A stretch of DNA of 63,122 nt, filler included, from Octopus bimaculoides (taxonomy: Eukaryota), in the NCBI RefSeq assembly GCF_001194135.2. It is 4 parts of 4 records of this genome, joined end to end, with 100 filler letters (N's around TTAATTAATTAA, not from the genome) between each part and the next. Parts side by side here need not be neighbours in the genome. Positions count along the whole stretch, not along the records: positions 41,025 to 56,408 come from NC_068985.1; positions 56,509 to 63,122 come from NC_068990.1; 2 more parts are not named here. One strand, given 5' to 3'. The notes below the pieces were generated by a model. It searched no databases and was not told the origin of the DNA. It worked only from the letters and a program-made list of their open reading frames with translations. Below are positions 54,805-63,122 of this stretch, one piece after another. Position numbers and translations under genes: made by a program. Every line of letters begins with the position of its first letter. Position 1 is the stretch's first letter.

Positions 54805-55129
54805 CATAAGCATTCAAGAAAGTTCATGAATTATTTGTTTCGCTGTCATTTCTTCCAATTACGTTGCAGTGATTCTTCCAAACGCTCAACTGTAATAAAG
54901 TAACTACAGCTCAGTTTAAATTAAAATAGGCTCCTTTTTTCTAAAGAGCAAATTGCTAAACATTGCTATTGTTTAATCTTGTGTTAAATAAACAATTAAC
55001 TCTGCCAAGTAACGGAGGTCGTCTATTTGGAAGAGAACGCATTGACAATATACTCGTGTAATAGGAAGCATAGTGACGTGCAGAAAACCAAAAGGAACGA
55101 GAAAGAGATATGCATATGTATATATTTAT

Positions 55130-55517
55130 ATTTGGTGGCACTCCGTCGGTTACGACGACGAAAGTTTCAGTTGATCCGATCAACGTAACAGCCTGCTCGT
55201 GAAATTAACGTGCAAGTGGCTGAGCACTCCACAGACATATGTACCCTTAACGTAGTTCTCGTGGAGATTCAGCGTGATACAGAGTGTGACAAGGCTGGCC
55301 CTTCGAAATACAGGTACAACAGAAACAGGAAGAAAGAGTGAGAGAAAGGTGTAGTAAAAGAGTACAGCAGGGTTCGCCACAACCCTCTGGCAGAGCCTCG
55401 TGGAGCTTTTAGGTGTCTTTGCTCAATAAACACTCACAACACCCGGCCTGTGAATCGAAACCGCGATTCTACGACCGCGAGTCCGCTGCTGTAACCACTG
55501 GGCCATTGCGCCTCCAA
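55130..55517 (-). mobile_element. tRNA-derived SINE family C, near full length
   Basis: Minus-strand head tggaggcgcaatggcccagtggttacagcagcggactcgcggtcgtagaatcgcggtttcgattc carries Pol III A-box and B-box motifs. Confidence 0.8.
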
Positions 55518-55751
55518 ATATGTATATTTATATACATGGGGCATTCATATATTCTCTTATTCTTTTAATCTTTTACTTGTTTCAGTGATTTGACTGCAGC
55601 CATGTTGGAGCAACGCCTCGAAGGGTTTTAGTCGAACCAATCGACGCCAGGACTTATTTCTTAAGCCTAGTACTTATTCTATCAGTTTCTTTTGTCAAAC
55701 TGCTATGTTACGGAAATGTAAAACACACCAACACCAGTTCTCAATAATAAA

Positions 55752-55785
<34 letters not shown>

Positions 55786-57182
55786 GTGCCTGGTTCTTTT
55801 CACAAATGCGATCAGACAGATAAACACTACCCGTCCATCTCAGTGAAAAATGATAACTAGCCTTTATATTTGAAGTACAAACCCTGTCAAAATAACCTTT
55901 GACCATCATCCGTTATGAGATGAATAAATTACTTTGAAATTTGCTCTCGGCTAGGTTTCATTCATTTGACTGTACCGCTCCTCAAGATCGCAATACATCC
56001 TTGAGCCTCGTTATAAAAAGTTCGATCGATAGGCGACTCAAAGACATTTTAATCCACGTTTTCCTTCCCTCCATACCAATCGTGCAGTCAGTTCCAGTGT
56101 CGCCATATTAAGTATACTGAGAACTGATATGCTTGTTACGTGCACAGTACACAAAGTGTTATCTTTTAGAAAAAGGTGCTGAGGTGATGGAAGCAAACTG
56201 GATCAAGCAGCAGATCTCCCAAAGGGAATAGATGAGAAAGAAGAAGGTTGTAACGGAACGAAGAGTGATGGAGTAGCGTCTAGATTCTAAAGTCAATATT
56301 GTAAGGTCGATTGCATACAAAGCAAGGTGTAAACCTTCCAGTGTTATCTAAATGTAATTTCTGACGAACATCGAGTGATTAAATGACTACACAATGTGAT
56401 CTATAGCTNNNNNNNNNNNNNNNNNNNNNNNNNNNNNNNNNNNNNNNNNNNNTTAATTAATTAANNNNNNNNNNNNNNNNNNNNNNNNNNNNNNNNNNNN
56501 NNNNNNNNTAGAAAGGAAGTGAGTAAGAAAGGAAACCAACAAAGAAAGTCACTGACAAAGTGTGTTGTGGTGATATGCAATGTGCAGAGGAGGCAAGAAT
56601 ATGCTGAAACGATGAAAAAGAATGTGTGCCAAGTTGATTTGGGTCTTTTTTGTTTGTTTTCTTTTTTGTTGTTTTTTTATATATACCGAACGCATTTAAT
56701 CCAATAAGATACGTGATATAAACATTTAACAAACTCACAAAACAAACTCACATATGCACACACAGACACGCACGCAGACGTATGAACGGGCGCAACACAC
56801 ACCGTTTGTAACATATACGCTAACACAGGCCAATAAACATACAGACATACTCCACAGATACGTGTCTTGAAGTCTTTTATTGAAGTAACGACGAAAAGAG
56901 ACGAGGGTCGAAGACAAACGAGGGAAAACCACGTTGACAGTCGAAGATGGGAAAGAGAAGAAGAAGAAGAAGAGGGATGGGAGAGCATTGAGAGACTTTT
57001 TAGATAAAGAGTGGGGGGGACCAAAATCTTTGGTTATTGGAGTAAAAATTCAGAATCATTTGTTGACGCACATATAAACTTACTACGAACCAAAGAAAGT
57101 AAAGTTATAAGTTATATATAAAAGCATGTTTATACATATAATGTACGTATTATCTTTTTTTTTTTTTTTTTTCCTTACTTAC

Positions 57183-58665
57183 CGTATGATGGAGGCGTCG
57201 ATTGATTATCTGGGTCATATTGTCTATCAAACCCTGACCCATGTTGGATTTGCTCAGGAGAAGTTCCCGGCTGGTTTGCTAGCCGTTCAAAGTATTGTCT
57301 CAGGAGTACTTCCTCTGATGTTTCTGGTTGCTTACTTAACTGATGCATAAATTGCACCAGCGTGTCCACATGTGGTTTTGTAGTTGTTTCAATCAATGGT
57401 TGTACCGGCGACGGTGGCATCGATCGTACAGCTTTTCCTTTCTTGCCGCTACCTTGGTGCAACTGCCTCTGTTGTTTTTGCTTTTGGCGCTGCAAATGCT
57501 GTTTTTGTTTTTGTTTTTGACGCTGATGTTGCTGTTTTTGTTGGTGTTTTTGTTGTTTTTGTTGTTGCTTTTGATGCTGCTGTCTTTGTTTTTGATTTTG
57601 TTTGTGTTGTTGTTGTTGATGATGTTGATGTTGCGATGTCTGTTGTTTCAAACGTTCGAAATCCCCCAGAACTGTGTTTGGGTATTCGCCTTCCCGTACT
57701 TCAGAGCCGAAACTAGCGGGTCTTTTATAGGCCTTCAATAATTTGCGTACAAGCTCTTCAAATACCCTTATATGCACACTGGAATCCCCCAGTAAGAATT
57801 TCTCCGTCTCCATCAGCTCGTTGCGGCTGTTGGTCTTCATTCCACTGTTCCTTCGTTTCCTAACGTTATAACTGTTGCTAACCACGGGGAAGTAATCCTC
57901 TAACTCACGCCGTCCTTCTGACGTCACCAATTCCACTGTGCCCTCATAGTGTATCTCAGGAGCCCTCAAGGCTAGTTTCTGATTGAAAAGTACTTGGTAA
58001 TGTTGCTGTTGTTTTTGATGTTTCTGTTGCTGCTGTTTTAGCTGCTGCTGCTGCTGTTGCTGCTGCTGCCTCAACTGACGCCGACGCGGCTGCTGCCGCT
58101 GTTGCCGCTTGTGTTTTAACAATGTTACAGATTGTTTACGATTTCTAAAATTCCTGTCAGAAGGGCGTCTACTATTGCGGCTATTATTGTTTTTATTACG
58201 CTTTTTATTATTATTTTTGTTGTTGTTGTTGTTGTTGTTGTGGTTGTTGTTGTTATTGTGATTATTGCTGCGATTGTTGTTGTGGTCGTGGTTCTTGTCG
58301 TCACTGCGGCTGTGACTTTGGTTATGACTTCGGTTGTGAGGTTTCTTGTCGTTATGAGTGATATCAATAGAAATGCCAAAGATATTATAAGTAGAATTAA
58401 TATTATTATTAGTATTATTAATATTAGTATTAGTAGTAGTAGTAGTAGTAATATTATTAGTTTTATTCCTAATGTTGCTCTTAATGTTTTTGTGGTTACC
58501 GTGATTGTGTTTAGAAGTGTTGTTGTGATGCTGGTGATGATATTGATCGCTGTGATTATTATTGGTGTGGTCGTAATGTTGAATGAAGCTGGTCGACAGG
58601 GCACTGGCACCGATGATAACAATAAGATAAGCAACGGCGAGTAGGGCAGTTGAGAGGTTTAGCAT
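57183..58665 (-). CDS. First coding exon (494 codons + 1 nt, phase-1 donor) of an unidentified secreted, low-complexity proprotein/prohormone-like protein
   Basis: Only long non-artefactual ORF in the window. ATG at 58665 (the track starts at an upstream GTG). Hydrophobic N-terminus MLNLSTALLAVAYLIVIIGASA ends in A-x-A. His/Asn/Thr and Gln/Lys tracts separate ordinary-complexity blocks (IHYEGTVELVTSEGRRELEDYFPVV, KFLLGDSSVHIRVFEELVRKLLKAY, EEVLLRQYFERLA). RKRR at 57850-57861. Ends TAC G|GTAAGT at 57183/57182. Family not recognised. Confidence 0.8.
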
Positions 58666-59099
58666 CACTGCCGGTTTGTAAAGAGGCCCCGACTAAAAAG
58701 GCACTACTTACACTTTGAAACAGAGGAGTGTGAGCGAAGAATCATACATAGATATATATATACATGAACGGTGTAATAGCAACACCACGCGGGCGAAATG
58801 ATGCTTGGAATGGAACTAGAGATAAAGAAAACCTTGGGTGGAGCAGGGTAAGTGTAGTGTAGTTTTGATGTAGTTTGAGCGCGTGCGTAGGGGCGTGCGC
58901 GTGTGGCGGGGGGCTGTGGATGGATATCGGGTGGATGAATGGCTGGGAAGAGTGTTTAGCTACGGTTAGGTAGACAGAGTTAGGGATGAGATAGATAGGC
59001 AGGTAGGAAAGTAGAAAGTTAAGTAGGTAGGTCGATAGGGAGGTTGAGAGGTAAGTAGTTTTTTTCTTCTGAAGTTAGGTCAATCGTAAGTGGATGGTT

Positions 59100-60430
<1,331 letters not shown>

Positions 60431-60538
60431 ACAGATGCTTCTGTCGATACTCCGGCGATTATTCTGTTGCTCTTTTAAGGTTTGCAATACTTCTCTTTAT
60501 ATTTGTTTAACATCAAGCTGTAGTAGATGGCAATATCA

Positions 60539-60641
60539 TCACAACCAGTGCCAAACGCTGCCCCATGGGTGGGCGTTGTTGTCATCTGTAGCAAATGTGG
60601 GCATCTGTGTGTGGGACGGTATCGACCGCAATACCAGTAAC
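60539..60641 (-). CDS. Candidate terminal (or 5'UTR) exon upstream of the secreted-protein exon
   Basis: Acceptor tatttcgatctcgtttccaag|G opens a normal-complexity island amid microsatellites. The phase-2 frame reads LLVLRSIPSHTQMPTFATDDNNAHPWGSVWHWL*; the frame is not determined. Confidence 0.2.
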
Positions 60642-60672
60642 CTTGGAAACGAGATCGAAATACAGGTGAATG

Positions 60673-60703
<31 letters not shown>

Positions 60704-62812
60704 TTATATTTTATATTCATTTATTTGATTTTTTTTTTTTTTCAAAGATAATATGAATTACATTATTACAATCATGTATTATGAATTCACACATTCACTC
60801 ACACGCACGCACGCACGCACGCACGCACATACACACACATGTATAATCATGTATGTGTGTGTGCGTGTGTGTGTGCGTGTGTGTGTGTGTGTGTGTAAAT
60901 ACATACACTCAAATGCATACATATACATACATTTACATACACATAGTTATATAATATACAGTGCTATATATATATATAAATATGCATACACACATACATA
61001 CGTACGTACATACATACATACATACATACATATGTATAGTATGTATATTTCGGGGAAATGGAAACTGAAAGAAGCTCATCGCATATATATGATAGTATAT
61101 TAATGTGTGTGTCTCTTTGTGTTTGTAGTTGTTCCCCCTCACCATTTGACAACCAGTGATGGTTTGTTTACGTTCCTGTAAAAGAGCCCAAGAGAATAAA
61201 CGTCAGTCCTTAAAAACAATTTAAAATAAGTACTGGGGTCGATTTGACTGACAAAATCCCTTTTTGGTGGTTCTCCAGCATGGCAGCAGTCATAGAGTGA
61301 CAAGCGAGAAAGGGAGAAGACAGAATGTACATATATATATNNNNNNNNNNNNNNNNNNNNNNNNNNNNNNNNNNNNNNNNNNNNNNNNNNNNNNNNNNNN
61401 NNNNNNNNNNNNNNNNNNNNNNNNNNNNNNNNNNNNNNNNNNNNNNNNNNNNNNNNNNNNNNNNNNNNNNNNNNNNNNNNNNNNNNNNNNNNNNNNNNNN
61501 NNNNNNNNNNNNNNNNNNNNNNNNNNNNNNNNNNNNNNNNNNNNNNNNNNNNNNNNNNNNNNNNNNNNNNNNNNNNNNNNNNNNNNNNNNNNNNNNNNNN
61601 NNNNNNNNNNNNNNNNNNNNNNNNNNNNNNNNNNNNNNNNNNNNNNNNNNNNNNNNNNNNNNNNNNNNNNNNNNNNNNNNNNNNNNNNNNNNNNNNNNNN
61701 NNNNNNNNNNNNNNNNNNNNNNNNNNNNNNNNNNNNNNNNNNNNNNNNNNNNNNNNNNNNNNNNNNNNNNNNNNNNNNNNNNNNNNNNNNNNNNNNNNNN
61801 NNNNNNNNNNNNNNNNNNNNNNNNNNNNNNNNNNNNNNNNNNNNNNNNNNNNNNNNNNNNNNNNNNNNNNNNNNNNNNNNNNNNNNNNNNNNNNNNNNNN
61901 NNNNNNNNNNNNNNNNNNNNNNNNNNNNNNNNNNNNNNNNNNNNNNNNNNNNNNNNNNNNNNNNNNNNNNNNNNNNNNNNNNNNNNNNNNNNNNNNNNNN
62001 NNNNNNNNNNNNNNNNNNNNNNNNNNNNNNNNNNNNNNNNNNNNNNNNNNNNNNNNNNNNNNNNNNNNNNNNNNNNNNNNNNNNNNNNNNNNNNNNNNNN
62101 NNNNNNNNNNNNNNNNNNNNNNNNNNNNNNNNNNNNNNNNNNNNNNNNNNNNNNNNNNNNNNNNNNNNNNNNNNNNNNNNNNNNNNNNNNNNNNNNNNNN
62201 NNNNNNNNNNNNNNNNNNNNNNNNNNNNNNNNNNNNNNNNNNNNNNNNNNNNNNNNNNNNNNNNNNNNNNNNNNNNNNNNNNNNNNNNNNNNNNNNNNNN
62301 NNNNNNNNNNNNNNNNNNNNNNNGTCTTCTAACTTGGCTGCAAAACCAAAAAGTGAAGGCAATAATATTTCAATCAATGTCTCTCCTCCCTATTTCAGTC
62401 ATATTGTACCAACCTCCCGCAATTTCTTTCTCTTTTTCGTTTTCATCTCTATTACTTTCGGTCTTTAAAATATTAACTTCCAAAATAAGGCCCAAACACC
62501 AATACCACACATTGAAGAGTAAGTTAGACGTTAGGGTCTATTATACCGGCCCCTCCAATCGTCTGTATTTAAAATGTGGATATTTAATGGACTGTGAAAA
62601 GATCAAAGCCTCTCGGTTGGGTTTTCAATTCATATCATAATAAAAGGACTTTATGTGTGATAAAAGAAGTTCTTTATTGATATTGTATGAAGTGACACAC
62701 AACTAGTGATGAGCTGACAGAAGTGGATGTACGTGAAGCATATATATATATATATTTGTGTGTGTAATATATATAATATAATGTATGTATATATATATAT
62801 ATATATATACAT

Positions 62813-62852
<40 letters not shown>

Positions 62853-62931
62853 ATATACGTACACAGACACATTTATACATACAACTTACACATAATATAC
62901 ATATGTATATTATATATTTACACACACACAC

Positions 62932-62963
<32 letters not shown>

Positions 62964-63122
62964 TGTATAATTATGTACATATACACACGTACAAACATAT
63001 ATTCATTCATACATACAGACAGACAGACTCTATAGTCATACGGGCATTGACACATATCTGTATATATATATATATATATATGTAAATGTGTGTATGTACG
63101 TGTATATATATACATATATATA

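Noticed and set aside
57343-58644. Overlapping ORFs on the plus strand and in alternative frames over the large exon
   Set aside because: Expected by-product of stop-free trinucleotide repeats in the real exon.

Overview
AT-rich, gap-ridden eukaryotic scaffold segment packed with microsatellites and tRNA-derived SINEs. The repeat landscape looks like a coleoid cephalopod (Octopus-like) genome; this is inferred from recalled repeat families and was not verified. The one clear coding feature is a 1.48-kb minus-strand exon (57183-58665). It encodes a signal peptide, His/Asn/Thr/Gln-rich tracts and several basic cleavage motifs including RKRR, and ends at a perfect G|GTAAGT donor, so it is probably the first coding exon of an unidentified secreted proprotein. 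Its probable intron contains a tandemly duplicated ~190-bp acceptor-bearing module with covarying hairpins (46.1 and 47.5 kb), a pre-miRNA-like hairpin (35.5 kb), a fold-back SINE and an inverted SINE pair (53-54 kb). A chain of small, phase-compatible plus-strand exon candidates lies at 4.9-16 kb. The rest is decayed RTE and CR1/L2-like LINEs, Penelope, Tc1/mariner, hAT/Tc1 MITEs, fold-back elements and simple repeats. There are no prokaryotic systems or CRISPR arrays, and most ORFs in the track are microsatellite or N artefacts.
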